A stretch of DNA of 64,000 nucleotides from Planktothrix sp. GU0601_MAG3 (GCA_035193785.1 CP136572.1:1-64000), one strand, 5' to 3'; shown: positions 32,486 through 45,601, counted from the stretch's first letter. Program-made: numbers and translations. The notes: generated by a model from the sequence alone, not told the origin.

Positions 32486-32770
32486 CAATCCGTTATTGTA
32501 CTCATCCAGTTTATCGAAAATTCTGAATCAATTTCCAGGTTTTAGCTAATTTTGGAGAAATTATTCCAAAAATTAGACCATAAACAGTTTCGGATTGAGA
32601 TTTGGGGGAGAGGTCGCCCCTTGTCCCATCGGCTTATTGAAACTTAATAAATTTCTCAGAGTCACGACTCTAAAGGGCGGAAAATTCGTTATAGTGTTAA
32701 GGAATATTAAACAAAGTCGATATAACTTCACCCATTTCAGTCCAATTCCCGCCCGACGCACAACAGTATC

Positions 32771-34339
32771 ATGGAAGATAAAATCCTTTACGTCCGCCTT
32801 CCCTGTAACCCTATTTTCCCGATTGGGGTGGTTTACCTGTCCGACCACGTTCACAAGCTATTTCCCACCGTCCAACAGCGCATTTTTGACTTAGGTGCGG
32901 TTCCTCCCCTGGACTACGCCGCCTCCTTGGATGCTTGTGTCGATGAGTTTCAACCCACACTATTAGTCTTTTCTTGGCGAGATATTCAAATTTATGCTCC
33001 CGTGGGGGGACGGGGAGGAAATCCCCTACAAAATGCCTTTGAATTTTATTATGCGAAAAACCCGTTCATTAAATTACGAGGAGCGTTAGGAGGATTACGG
33101 TTAGCCACATCCTACTATACGGAACTTTGGCAGAATTTAGGATTAATTAAACGGGGATTATCCCGGGCTCAACGTTATAATTCCCAAGCGCGGGTCGTGG
33201 TTGGGGGCGGGGCGGTGAGTGTTTTTTATGAACAGTTAGGAAAGAGTTTACCCCCGGGAAGTATTGTTTCAGTTGGGGAAGGAGAAAGTTTATTAGAAAG
33301 GCTGTTAAGAGGGCAGGATTTAGCCGATGAACGCTGTTATATTGTCGGCGAAACAACACCTCGCGATCGCTTAATCCATGAACAACCCATGAATTTTGAA
33401 AAAACCGCCTGTGATTACAATTATATTGAAACCATTTGGCCGGAATTTCAATATTATTTTCAAGATCAAGACTTTTATATTGGGGTACAAACAAAACGGG
33501 GTTGTCCCCATAATTGTTGTTATTGTATCTACACCGTTATTGAAGGCAAACAAGTTAGAATTAATCCCGCCGATGAAGTGGTGGCGGAAATGCAGCAACT
33601 GTATCAACGGGGAATTAGAAACTTTTGGTTTACCGATGCTCAATTTATTCCCGCCCGTAAGTTTATTGATGATGCGGTGGAATTATTACAGAAAATCCTT
33701 GATTCTGGGATGACGGATATTCACTGGGCGGCCTATATTCGGGCAGATAATTTAACCCCAGAATTGTGTGATTTAATGGCTAAAACCGGGATGAATTATT
33801 TTGAAATTGGGATTACCAGTGGTTCGCAGGAATTAGTGAGAAAAATGCGAATGGGGTATAATTTGCGGGTGGTTTTAGAAAACTGTCGGGATTTAAAAGC
33901 TGCCGGATTTAATGATTTAGTTTCGGTGAATTATTCCTTCAATGTGATTGATGAAACCTTTGAAACCATTCGTCAAACTATTGCTTACCATCGGGAATTA
34001 GAGGCTATTTTTGGGGCGGATAAAGTCGAACCTGCGATTTTCTTTATTGGGTTGCAACCCCATACCCACTTAGAGAAATATGCCTTCGATAAAAAGATGT
34101 TAAAACCCGGGTATGATCCCATGAGTTTAATGCCTTGGACAGCCAGAAAGTTACTCTGGAATCCCGAACCTTTAGGATCATTTTTTGGAGAAATCTGTTT
34201 AGAAGCCTGGAAGCGCAACCCCAATGATTTCGGGCGGACGGTGATGGATATTTTAGAAGAAAAGTTAGGACGGGCACCTTTACAAGAAGCCTTAAGTGCG
34301 CCCTTGGGTCAGGGAAAAGAGTTAGCGAGTATTCGTTAA
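32771..34339 (+). CDS. B12-binding radical SAM protein (photosystem II high-light acclimation family)
   Basis: CPHNCCYC motif; PCNPIFPIG N-terminus. Confidence 0.88.
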   Translation: MEDKILYVRLPCNPIFPIGVVYLSDHVHKLFPTVQQRIFDLGAVPPLDYAASLDACVDEFQPTLLVFSWRDIQIYAPVGGRGGNPLQNAFEFYYAKNPFIKLRGALGGLRLATSYYTELWQNLGLIKRGLSRAQRYNSQARVVVGGGAVSVFYEQLGKSLPPGSIVSVGEGESLLERLLRGQDLADERCYIVGETTPRDRLIHEQPMNFEKTACDYNYIETIWPEFQYYFQDQDFYIGVQTKRGCPHNCCYCIYTVIEGKQVRINPADEVVAEMQQLYQRGIRNFWFTDAQFIPARKFIDDAVELLQKILDSGMTDIHWAAYIRADNLTPELCDLMAKTGMNYFEIGITSGSQELVRKMRMGYNLRVVLENCRDLKAAGFNDLVSVNYSFNVIDETFETIRQTIAYHRELEAIFGADKVEPAIFFIGLQPHTHLEKYAFDKKMLKPGYDPMSLMPWTARKLLWNPEPLGSFFGEICLEAWKRNPNDFGRTVMDILEEKLGRAPLQEALSAPLGQGKELASIR

Positions 34340-34350
34340 TTTGAAGTTAG

Positions 34351-34477
34351 ATTGTGGGGTTTCCGAAAGGATATGATCAAGATACGGGAGAAGATGCCCT
34401 AATTCTATGGGGCGGGGATCTCCATCACCCCCATTTTCCCCAAACTCCGCATCACTGGTATCAAAAGATTTGTTTAA
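34351..34477 (+). pseudogene. rimI: 3' remnant of rimI (ribosomal protein acetyltransferase)
   Basis: Reads IVGFPKGYDQDTGEDALILW; no start; in the usual rimI position upstream of clpC. Confidence 0.55.
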
Positions 34478-35037
34478 AGTTGACCGTTGACTATTGACTA
34501 TTCGTGGGTGAGGACGCTGACCATAGCCTCCCTGCGATTCTAAAATCATTGTGCTAGAATCCATCATTAAATCAATAAAAATCGAAAGTAATCCTTAGCC
34601 ACAACACAGTTGAGGCTATTAGAGAGACAACCTCTATACAGAATCAAAATTCAATTTAGGGTAAGCTGTCCCTATTGAAATATTGATCCCTGTTCCGATC
34701 TTGTCTATTCAAGAGGAGGAAGATAGATTTAGACTCACCCTTGAGTCAGTTTCGGTATCTAACCTTAATTAGAAAAAACGCCCAGACCCGAGGAGATATC
34801 TTGCACCATCAATTTTAAAAAACTCTCTAGGGTAAGTTGTAGGTCAACGCCAATTGGGGAAACAATTCCGATTGCAAGCAAGACCCGACAACGCCTACTT
34901 AGAACCGGATTCAGCGAGAAATTAAAGTGGCGAAATGAACCCTTTCATTTTTGAGTCAACTTTTTAATTTTTCCGAAGTTAGAAGTCTCACGCTAAAATT
35001 AGCGTAACGGGTAAGCAGCAGGTGATGGGAATTAGCC

Positions 35038-37517
35038 ATGTTTGAACGCTTCACAGAAAAAGCCATTAAAGTCATCATGTTAGCCCAGGAGGAAGCACGC
35101 CGCCTGGGGCATAACTTCGTGGGCACTGAACAGATCCTCTTGGGTCTGATCGGGGAAGGGACAGGCGTTGCAGCCAAAGTCCTGAAATCAATGGGAGTCA
35201 ATCTCAAAGATGCCAGGATCGAGGTAGAAAAGATTATTGGTCGGGGTTCGGGGTTTGTCGCCGTCGAGATTCCTTTTACCCCTCGGGCCAAAAGAGTCCT
35301 AGAACTGTCCCTGGAAGAAGCTCGCCAACTGGGGCATAACTATATTGGCACGGAACACCTGCTTCTCGGTCTGATCCGGGAAGGGGAAGGCGTCGCCGCC
35401 AGGGTCTTAGAAAACCTGGGAGTTGACCTCTCGAAAGTTCGGACTCAAGTAATTCGGATGTTGGGTGAAACGGCGGAAGTAGCCGCTGGAGGCAGTAATA
35501 GCCGCACCAAGACCCCAACCTTAGATGAGTTTGGATCAAATCTAACCCAAATGGCCGCCGAAGGCAAACTTGACCCGGTGGTCGGTCGTCAGAAAGAAAT
35601 TGAACGGGTGATCCAAATTCTGGGTCGTCGTACCAAAAATAACCCGGTGTTAATTGGGGAACCGGGGGTGGGTAAAACCGCGATCGCCGAGGGCTTGGCC
35701 CAACGCATTGCGACAAACGATATTCCCGATATTTTAGAAGATAAACGGGTGGTCACCTTAGATATTGGGTTGCTAGTCGCCGGAACCAAATATCGCGGGG
35801 AATTTGAAGAGCGGTTGAAAAAAATCATGGATGAGATCCGCTCGGCGGGTAACGTTATCCTGGTGATTGATGAAGTCCACACCCTGATCGGGGCGGGGGC
35901 GGCGGAAGGAGCGATCGATGCTGCGAATATCCTCAAACCCGCTTTAGCCAGGGGTGAGTTGCAGTGCATCGGGGCAACTACCTTAGATGAATACCGCAAA
36001 CACATTGAACGGGATGCCGCCTTGGAACGTCGGTTTCCAACCGGTGATGGTGGGTGAACCTTCGGTTTCCGAAACCATTGAAATTCTGTTTGGGTTGCGC
36101 GAGCGCTATGAGCAACACCATAAACTGAAAATTTCCGATGAGGCCCTCGAAGCAGCGGCTAAACTCTCGGATCGGTATATTAGCGATCGCTATTTACCCG
36201 ATAAGGCCATTGACTTAATGGATGAAGCGGGTTCCCGGGTGCGTTTAATCAATTCCCAACTGCCCCCGGCGGCCAAGGAATTGGATAAGGAACTGCGCCA
36301 AGTTCTGAAGGAAAAAGACGAGGCGGTGCGTTCCCAAGACTTTGATCGGGCGGGAGAATTGCGCGATCGGGAAATGGAAATTAAGGGTCAAATTCGTACC
36401 ATTAGTCAAACCAAAAAAGCCGAAACCACCCGCGGCGAAGACGATAGCCCCGTGGTCACGGAAGAGGACATCGCCCAAATTGTCGCCAGTTGGACAGGGG
36501 TTCCGGTGAACAAACTCACCGAGTCCGAGTCCGAGAAACTGCTGAATATGGAAGGAAACCCTGCACCAACGGTTAATTGGTCAGGATGAAGCCGTTAAAG
36601 CCGTGTCCCGCGCCATTCGTCGTGCCCGGGTGGGTCTGAAGAACCCCAACCGACCGATCGCCAGTTTTATCTTCTCTGGGCCAACCGGGGTGGGTAAAAC
36701 CGAATTAACCAAAGCCTTAGCGTCCTATTTCTTCGGGTCAGAAGAAGCGATGATCCGCTTGGATATGTCCGAATATATGGAACGCCACACGGTTTCTAAG
36801 TTAATTGGGTCGCCTCCCGGCTATGTGGGCTACAACGAAGGCGGACAACTTACCGAAGCGGTGCGTCGGCGTCCCTATACGGTGGTGCTATTCGATGAAA
36901 TCGAAAAAGCCCACCCCGACGTCTTCAATATGTTGCTGCAAATCTTAGAAGATGGTCGTTTGACCGATGCTAAAGGTCGGACGGTGGACTTCAAGAATAC
37001 CTTGATCATTATGACCTCTAATATTGGGTCGAAGGTGATCGAAAAAGGTGGCGGTGGTTTAGGGTTCGAGTTCTCGGAAAACGAAAACGATGCCCAATAC
37101 AACCGTATTCGCAACTTGGTTAATGAAGAACTCAAACAATATTTCCGTCCTGAATTCCTCAACCGTTTGGATGAAATTATTGTCTTCCGTCAGTTGAATA
37201 AGGAAGAAGTCAAGGAAATTGCCGTGATCATGTTAAAAGAAGTCTTCGGACGCTTGATCGAAAAAGGCATTACCTTGGAAGTGACGGAGAAGTTCAAAGA
37301 AAGGTTAGTGGAAGAAGGCTACAACCCCAGCTACGGGGCGCGTCCTCTGCGTCGGGCAATTATGCGGTTACTCGAAGATAGTTTAGCAGAAGAAATTCTG
37401 TCTGGACGGATCAAGGAAGGGGATACTGCTGTTGTTGATGTGGATGAAAATGCTCAAGTGGTGGTGTCCCAAAGTACCACCAGCCGGGAATTGTTACCCC
37501 AAGGCGCTGAGTCTTAA
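35038..37517 (+). CDS. clpC: ATP-dependent Clp protease ATP-binding subunit (extra bases at 36033 and 36555)
   Basis: [22 protein letters not shown]; two Walker A motifs GEPGVGKT and GPTGVGKT. Confidence 0.96.
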
Positions 37518-37544
37518 TTGACTTTAATTATATCTTTTCTTAAA

Positions 37545-37574
37545 CCCCTCGCCTAACTATCGAGGGGCTTTTTT
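37545..37574 (+). terminator. Intrinsic terminator of clpC
   Basis: CCCCTCG-loop-CGAGGGG followed by a T tract. Confidence 0.7.
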
Positions 37575-37634
37575 GTTGTTGGGCTTTAGCCCAATTTTCT
37601 ATGTTAGGAAGTTCTTAATTGCTTCTTTCTTCTG

Positions 37635-38078
37635 CTATAAAATCGTTAAATAAGTTTCTGTCGGACTGATAGGTAACGCCTTCAAGGTTTGATTTTTTAA
37701 GTCGATTTCTAACCCCAAAGCTTCTAAAGGTATGACTCCTAAAAGAGCATCTTTACCTCCTGGTAATTCTAAGCACTCGAAGGTTCCTTCCCGATCAAAC
37801 ATTGATATAGTAGCATCTCGGAAAATGCGGGCTTTACCAATACCCATGGCGGTGGCTACGTCCACTTCTTTTAGGAGTTTTAGCCCCAGTTTGGCGATCG
37901 CATCTTGTGGTAAACATAGGGTAGTTGCACCCGTGTCTACTAATACATTTTTGAGGGTGATTGAGCGAATTTGCTCTAGTAATATTGTCCCATCTTCTGC
38001 TCGAATTTGGTCGGCGCGGTTAGTGATTGTTATAGTGGTGAAAACTTTTCCCATTGCATTGTTGCTTTGAATTGGCAT
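37635..38078 (-). CDS. Clan AA retropepsin-like aspartic protease
   Basis: LVDTGATTLCLP; LLGVIPLEALG. Confidence 0.85.
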   Translation of the reverse strand: MPIQSNNAMGKVFTTITITNRADQIRAEDGTILLEQIRSITLKNVLVDTGATTLCLPQDAIAKLGLKLLKEVDVATAMGIGKARIFRDATISMFDREGTFECLELPGGKDALLGVIPLEALGLEIDLKNQTLKALPISPTETYLTIL

Positions 38079-38212
38079 ATTTGTCTCCTACTTAAGAGTT
38101 GGAGTTATGGCGTCTTTTAATTGTAACTTCTTTTGACGGTGATCGCGTGGGATCAAGAAACCCGGTTTCTAGGGTTTAAAATAGGAATTGTATTGTAGTT
38201 GGTATTAAAACA

Positions 38213-41100
38213 GTGTTGGAATATCCCCTATTGCTTTTAGTTGATGGTCATTCGTTGGCGTTTCGTTTCCTATTATGCCTTTGGCAAAAGTCGCCAAGGG
38301 GGGTTACGCACATCGACGGGTATTCCTACCAGTGTTTGTTTTGGATTTTTTAAGTCCTTATTGGATGTGATGGCGAGTCATAAACCTGATTATTTAGCGA
38401 TCGCATTTGACTTAAAACAGCCCACTTTTCGCCATGAGGCTGATGAAAATTACAAAGCAGATCGGACGGAAACCCCTCAAGATTTTATTGAAGATGTAGA
38501 GAATTTAAAACTATTATTACAAGCCTTTGATCTAACAATTATTACCGCCCCAGGTTACGAAGCTGATGATATTTTAGGAACGTTATCTTATAGAGGAAGT
38601 CGGGAAAACTATCGAGTTAAAATCCTATCGGGAGATCAGGATTTATTTCAGTTAATTGATATTGAAAAAAATATTAGTATTTTACATTTAGAACCGGGTA
38701 AAGGTAGCAACCCCACGGAATTTTTAGCTGAACAGGTATATCAGAAGTTGCAAATTTATCCCCATCAAGTAATTGATTATAAGGCATTATGTGGGGATAA
38801 ATCCGATAATATTCCGGGGGTAAAAGGCATTGGGAAAACTACGGCGGTTAAGTTATTAGGGGAATATGGGTCTTTAGAAAATATCTATGCCCATATTGAA
38901 GATATTAAAGGGGCGACTCGCAAGAAATTGGAGGAAGGAAAACCGGATGCGGATCATTCTCAAACCTTGGCGCGAATTATTCAAGATGTCCCCTTAGAAG
39001 TGGGTTTAGAAGATTTCAAATTACAAGGGTTTGATCAAGCTAAAATTCAACCGATTTTAGAACATTTACAATTGCAAACCTTTTTAGATAAAGTTAATCA
39101 AATTCAAAAACAATTTAAAGGAAATATTCAACCAAAAACCCCAGAAAATTTAGTTGATACGGAGGAAGATACCAGTTTTTTTACTAGGGAAGAAACGGAA
39201 GTTTATCAACAACAAAAAATAGCAAATAATCCCGCATCTAAACTGCAATTGCGTTTAATTCAAACCCCGGAAGCCCTAAAACAATTAGTTGCTATTTTAC
39301 AAAATCATACTAATACTAATTATCCCGTGGCTTGGGATACGGAAACCACCTCTTTAGAACCGAGAGAAGCGGAATTAGTGGGAATAGGTTGTTGTTGGGG
39401 AACAGCACCAACCGAGGTGGCTTATATTCCTTTAAATCATACTCAAGGAACCAATTTAGATAAAGCGGAAACCTTAAATATTTTACGTCCAATTTTAGAA
39501 AGCGATCGCTATCCAAAAACCTTTCAAAATGCCAAATATGATCGATTAATTTTTAGAATTCATGGAATAGAATTAAAAGGGGTTGTCTTTGATCCGATGT
39601 TAGCAAACTATGTGTTAGATCCTGAAGATAATCATAATTTAATTGATTTAACTCGTAAATATTTAGGTTCAGAATTAACAGCCCCGAGTTACAATGAATT
39701 AGTACCAAAAGGAAAAACTATCGCCGATATTAATATTGCTCAAGTCGCCGAATATTGCGGAATGCAGGTCTATGTCACCTTTCAATTAGTCGATAAAATT
39801 AAAGCAGAATTTACAGATAAACCCCAATTACTGAAACTTTTAATAGAAGTTGAACAGCCCTTAGAACCGGTTTTAGCCGATATGGAATATGGGGGTGTAC
39901 ATTTGGATATTGACTATTTAGAGACCTTAGCCGAACAATTAGATCAACAGTTAGAAATTACCGAAACTCAAGCTTATGAAGCGGCGGGAGAAAAATTTAA
40001 TTTAGCTTCTCCCAAACAACTGAGTAAACTCTTATTTGAAACTTTAGAATTAAGCACCAAAAAAACCCGACAAATCAAAACCGGATATTCAACGGATGTG
40101 AATGTTTTAGAAAAATTACAAGGAGATCATCCGATTATTGATATCATATTAGAACATCGCACCTTAGCCAAACTCAAGTCAACTTATGTCGATGCTTTAC
40201 CCACATTAGTAGATGCAAACCAACGTATTCATACCAGTTTTAACCAAACTATTACCGCCACAGGACGGTTATCTTCTTCTAATCCTAATTTACAAAATAT
40301 TCCGATTAAAACCGAATTTTCTAGTAAAATCAGAAAAGCCTTTATTACTGAAACCCAACTGGCTATTAGTTTCAGCCGACTATTCCCAAATTGAACTGAG
40401 AATTTTAGCTCATTTAAGTCAAGAACCGATCTTATTAGAAGCCTATAAAAATAATCAGGATGTCCATACTGTTACCGCTAAGTTATTATTTGAAAAAGAA
40501 ACCGTAACTTCAGAGGAAAGACGGTTAGGAAAAACGATTAATTTTGGCGTAATTTATGGAATGGGGGCGCAAAGGTTCGCCCGGGAAGCCAAAGTTAGTA
40601 GTGCAGAAGGTAAGATATTTATTGAACGATTTAACCAACGATATTCTCAAGTTTTTGCCTATTTAGAAAGGGTAAAAAAACAAGCTATTGCTCAAGGATA
40701 TGTCGAAACAATATTGGGACGAAGACGCTATTTTGATTTCCAAGGAGATAGTCTACAAACCTTAAAAGGAGTTGATATCAACGAAATTGATTTAACCCAA
40801 TTGAAGAAAAAAATGGGTCAAAATGATTCCCAACTATTGAGAGCCGCTGCTAACGCCCCCATTCAGGGTTCTAGTGCTGATATTATTAAAATGGCGATGG
40901 TACAAGTACATCAACTTTTAAGCCAATATCAATCCCAATTAGTGTTACAAGTCCATGATGAATTAGTCTTTGAAATTCCCGAAACAGAATGGGAAGAACT
41001 TCAACCCAAAATCAAGAATATCATGGAACAAGTGCTTCCTTTAAGTGTTCCGCTAGTTGTAGATATTCATGCTGGACAAAATTGGAAGGAAGCCAAATAA
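38213..41100 (+). CDS. polA: DNA polymerase I (extra bases at 38265 and 40350)
   Basis: VDGHSLAFR 5'-3' exonuclease; DTET 3'-5' exonuclease; ADYSQIELR; QVHDELVFE. Confidence 0.96.
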
Positions 41101-41202
41101 AGTAAATACAGGAATGACCCATTACCTCTAAAACAATCCTAAATGATTAGCGACAAAACCCCTACAATCAAATATTATAACCTGTTAAAAACTGCTATAT
41201 CC

Positions 41203-41230
41203 GTAGGAGTAATTCATTAATTACCCCTAC
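41203..41230. repeat. GTAG-type REP-like palindrome
   Basis: GTAGGAGTAATTCATTAATTACCCCTAC. Confidence 0.55.
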
Positions 41231-41313
41231 AGATGGGATTATATCCCGAAATTTACGGAATGCCGACTACCCGGGAAATTAACTTTCTTTTAAAGTTTTT
41301 AAGATTATCAATC

Positions 41314-42135
41314 CTAGATAGACTTCAACTGTTTATGTTTGCGTTTGAGTGCGAAAACTGCACCGGACGCACCAAAAGCCAGAAGACTTAAATTGAAAGT
41401 TGGTTCAGGAACAGCCGTGGTAGTATCCTTTTTAAAAGCAAGGGAACTTAAATTGGAAGTTGGTTCAGAAACAGCCCGGACAGTATCTTTTACTGTAACC
41501 GAGAAATCGAGACTCGGCAACGCACCGCCAAACTCAAGGGTATGTTTTCCCGAACCCAAAGGCGCAAGCATCAGATAATATCCATCACCGTAAGCATCGC
41601 CCGAAAATCCCGGTGTTACTCTAAATGGGTTGTTCTCAGCAGCGAAGAAGTTGAATAATGGAGATTGTTCGCGGTGGGCAAAAAGATTAGGTATAGTTTC
41701 CCCGTTGATTTTTGCTACTAAATTATCAACTCCATTGATCAGATCAATGATGCTATTTTGCAGTTTTTTTCCTTTCAAACCAGTTTCTAAATATGAATTT
41801 TCAGCGTTCAACATCGGTAATAAAAGGTATTTATCCCCTGGGACAGTAAATGACCGTTTGGCATTACCTCCAGCAGTCCCGGCGATAAAAAACACTGGCC
41901 CAGACTGGTTTATGCCAGCATCCTCACCCTTCTGGTCTGTAAAAGCGTCCGTTGGCATAGACTGATTGAATGCCCATTTCCACCAGTCGGTAGTCCATTC
42001 GGCAATTGTCTTACCTTCGACTTCAGAACCTGGTGCGAGGACTTCTACTGCATTTGCAGGTATTGTCGCCGCCAAAAGTGATAATGCAGAAACTAGCGAT
42101 AGAGAAACTGATCTAAAGCGACAGATATTATTCAT
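41314..42135 (-). CDS. PEP-CTERM sorting domain protein
   Basis: Signal peptide; WWKWA..GPVFFIAG..DGYYLML domain; VPEP, transmembrane helix, basic tail. Confidence 0.85.
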   Translation of the reverse strand: MNNICRFRSVSLSLVSALSLLAATIPANAVEVLAPGSEVEGKTIAEWTTDWWKWAFNQSMPTDAFTDQKGEDAGINQSGPVFFIAGTAGGNAKRSFTVPGDKYLLLPMLNAENSYLETGLKGKKLQNSIIDLINGVDNLVAKINGETIPNLFAHREQSPLFNFFAAENNPFRVTPGFSGDAYGDGYYLMLAPLGSGKHTLEFGGALPSLDFSVTVKDTVRAVSEPTSNLSSLAFKKDTTTAVPEPTFNLSLLAFGASGAVFALKRKHKQLKSI

Positions 42136-42150
42136 TGGAAAAATAGGTAT

Positions 42151-42176
42151 AAACCCCGCCCTTTTGGGACGGCTTT
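42151..42176. mobile_element. Possible IS200/IS605-type end hairpin remnant
   Basis: AAACCCCGCCCTTTTGGGACGGCTTT; no transposase nearby. Confidence 0.3.
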
Positions 42177-42316
42177 ACATTTCCCCTTTCGGGAAGGAGG
42201 ATATGGTGGCCACCCTGACTCCTGCTCAAAGAATGACAACCAAATTTGAAGATTTTTTGAAGTGACCAGCTTTCATTCATTCCACCATCTGGAAAAGTGT
42301 CAGCGTTTATTTCAAA

Positions 42317-42329
42317 CAGGACTTACGCA
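42317..42329 (+). repeat. Solo CAGGACTTACGCA MITE end
   Basis: Identical to the ends at 12739 and 22925; partner end not seen. Confidence 0.7.
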
Positions 42330-42352
42330 CTCAACCAGGAACTTTTAAAACA

Positions 42353-42754
42353 ATGAAAAAATCAGCTAAAAAATCTTGGAAAGTTGCCTTTCTTCTCTAT
42401 TTTCTGTTATTATTTTTAATTGTAATTACAGCCAATGGGGGAAATTTACCATACAATTTATTAGGAAAAGTTCCCTATTATGACATCTATGGACATTTTA
42501 TTTTATATGGAATAGCCTCTTTTTTAATCCATTTAGCCTTGGCAGGAAAAAAGATTATAATTGCTCAGATTTTAATTCCCCTAGGGCCGTTTTTATTTAC
42601 CCTTGTAACCATTGCTGAAGAAATTTCACAAATTCATTTCCCCCATCGTACCTTCAGTATCATTGATTTGAATGCAAGTTTAATTGGGATTATTCTATTT
42701 TATTATTTGGCAGAATTATGGATTTTTTATCATAAAAAAAGACTAAGGGAATAA
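42353..42754 (+). CDS. VanZ-like membrane protein
   Basis: GHFILYG; EEISQ..P.RTFS..DL. Confidence 0.75.
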   Translation: MKKSAKKSWKVAFLLYFLLLFLIVITANGGNLPYNLLGKVPYYDIYGHFILYGIASFLIHLALAGKKIIIAQILIPLGPFLFTLVTIAEEISQIHFPHRTFSIIDLNASLIGIILFYYLAELWIFYHKKRLRE

Positions 42755-42849
42755 AATTACCCTTGCTTATTTAACTCAATTGTGAGAAAATTTAAAACAT
42801 CCCAAACGGGGAATTTAGTTTTATTAAAATAGCATTATCCCTTAACCCC

Positions 42850-45250
42850 ATGACCCATTCTAGCCCTATTAAGAATATTCCTGAGTCCACCTGGAGTCGC
42901 CCCATTGGTTTAGGGTGGGAAAAACCGTATACCGTCCGCTACGCCAGTAATTTAGATGATGGCCCTTGGCACGGAATGCCTCTAGGGGGGTTGGGTGCGG
43001 GCTGTATTGGACGGTCTTCTCGGGGGGATTTTAACCTTTGGCATTTGGACGGGGGGGAACATATTTTTCAGACACTTCCTGCTTGTCAATTTAGCGTTTA
43101 TGAAGAAATAAATGGCAAGAAAAAAGCTTATGCTTTATCAACAAAACCCCCAGAAGATGGCACTTTATCCGCTTGGAATTGGTATCCTGAAACTACAACA
43201 TCTGGAGAATCAACGGGAAACCTATCATGCCCTATATCCCCGCAGTTGGTTTGTCTATGAAAATGTCTTTTCCGCCCAATTAACTTGTGAACAATTCTCG
43301 CCTGTTTGGGCAAAAAATTATCAAGAAAGTAGTTATCCGATCGCCATTTTTGAATGGACAGCCCACAACCCTACAGATGAACCCATTACATTAAGTATAT
43401 TATTAACTTGGGAAAATACTATTGGCTGGTTTACTAATAGTTTAGCCAGTCCTGAAGTAAAGGTTAGAGATGATGGAAGTCCGGTATATGAATATGAACC
43501 CAACTGGGGAAAAAGTGCCGGATGTTGTAATCATTTAGTAGAAGACTTTCATCGAATTGGGTGTTTAATGACCCGCCTAAGTGTCAATGAAGATGTGCAG
43601 GAAGGAGACGGACAAATTGCGATCGCAACTATTACAAATCCTGCCGTTGAAGTATATGATCAAACCCGTTGGAATCCGACCGGAAATGGGGAAAATATTT
43701 GGCAATGTTTCTCAGAAGATGGCACACTTTTAGATCAAGAAAGTGATCAACCCGCAAAAGAAGGCGAACGAATTGCGGTGGCTTTAGCGGTTAAATTTAC
43801 AATTAGACCGGGGAAAACCAGAAAGATTCCCTTTTATTTAGCTTGGGATTTACCGATTACTCAATTCGCATCGGGAATTAATTATTATCGGCGTTATACT
43901 GACTTTTTTGGTCGCAATGGTCGTAATGCTTGGTCAATGATTCGCACAGCGATGAAACATTCCGACACCTGGCGAGAACATATTCAAGCATGGCAAAACC
44001 CGATTTTACAGCGTCAAGATTTACCGAATTGGTTTAAAATGGCACTGTTTAACGAGTTATATTTATTAACCGATGGGGGCGCAATTTGGAGCGCGGCGGA
44101 TGAGCGAGATCCCATGGGACAATTTGGGGTTTTAGAATGTTTAGATTATCGCTGGTATGAAAGTTTGGATGTAAGATTATATGGATCATTTTCTCTATTA
44201 ATGTTGTGGCCAGAGTTAGAAAAATCCATCTTAATTGCCTATGCTCGGGCAGTTTCTCAAGGAGATGATACCCCCCGAATTATTGGTTATAATCAGGCTT
44301 CAGCTATTAGAAAAGCCATCGGTGCAACCCCCCATGATTTAGGTGCACCGAATGAACATCCCTGGGAGAAAACGAATTATACAAGTTATCAAGATTGTAA
44401 CCTTTGGAAAGACTTACCCTGTGATTTTGTTTTGCAAGTTTACCGAGATTTTTTATTAACAGGTGCAACGGATTATGAGTTTTTAAAAGATTGTTGGTCA
44501 GCGATGGTTGAAACTCTTGATTATCTGAAAACTTTTGATTTAGATCAAGATTCAATTCCTGAGAATAGTGGCGCACCGGATCAAACTTTTGATGATTGGA
44601 AATTACAGGGAATTAGTGCCTATTGTGGGGGGTTATGGTTAGCAGCATTAGAAGCGATGATTGCCATGGGAACACTTTTAGAAAAACAAGCGGTTACACC
44701 CCATCCTAATACTGTTATTCCCATCTATCAAACATGGTTAGAAACGGCAAAACCTTTGTATCAAAAAAACCTCTGGAATGGTGAATATTATCGTTTAGAT
44801 AGTGGTAGCGGTTCCGATGTGGTGATGACCGATCAATTATGCGGTCAATTCTATGCTAAACTATTAGGATTGCCGGATATTGTTCCCCCAGATTGTACTA
44901 TTTCAGCCTTAAAAACCGTTTATAATTCCTGTTTTAAAAAGTTTCATAACGGACAATTTGGAGCCGCCAATGGGGTCAGACCCAATGGAGAAGCGGTTAA
45001 TCCTAAAGATACCCACCCCCTAGAAGTTTGGACGGGAATTAATTTTGGTTTAGCTGCCTTTTTCCTGCAAACGGGAATGAAAGCCGAAGCCTGGGAATTA
45101 ACCGAAGTTGTGGTTAAACAAATTTATGACAATGGCTTACAATTTCGCACACCCGAAGCAATTACCGCCGCCGGAACTTTCCGCGCTAGTCACTATTTAA
45201 GAGCCATGGCAATTTGGGCAATTTATTATCAATATAACAATCCTAATTGA
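42850..45250 (+). CDS. GH116 glycoside hydrolase (GBA2-like; extra base at 43217)
   Basis: GMPLGGLGAG; LECLDYRWYESLDV; PDQTFDDW; FRTPEA. Confidence 0.9.
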
Positions 45251-45337
45251 GTGAAAAAACAATATGGGTTTGGTCTACAAAGCTAACCCCAAATTGGGTT
45301 AATTTCAAACAATAAATATTAAAACTAGGATTTTTCT

Positions 45338-45601
45338 ATGATTCAAGCTATCCCCAAAACCGTAACCTTTGATGAGTTTATTAATTGGTATCCAGAAGCT
45401 TCAGGATGTCACTATGAATTACATAATGGGGCTATTATAGAAATGCCTAAACCCACGGGTAAACATTCACGAATTGCTGGTTTTTTGATAGCTGAATTGA
45501 ACTTTGAAATCAGACGGCTCAAACTTCCCTATTTTATTCCTAAAGAAAAGGAGAGTATCAAGTCCAACAATTTCGAGACAATCAACGGATTGAATCCCTA
45601 A
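45338..45601 (+). pseudogene. Truncated / internally deleted Uma2-family endonuclease
   Basis: YELHNG.IIEM..PTGKH N-terminus; catalytic PD..EV region missing. Confidence 0.65.

Noticed and set aside
25777..37162. Many antisense or alternate-frame ORFs over the S8 protease, radical SAM and clpC genes
   Set aside because: Shadow ORFs of well-supported genes, without motifs
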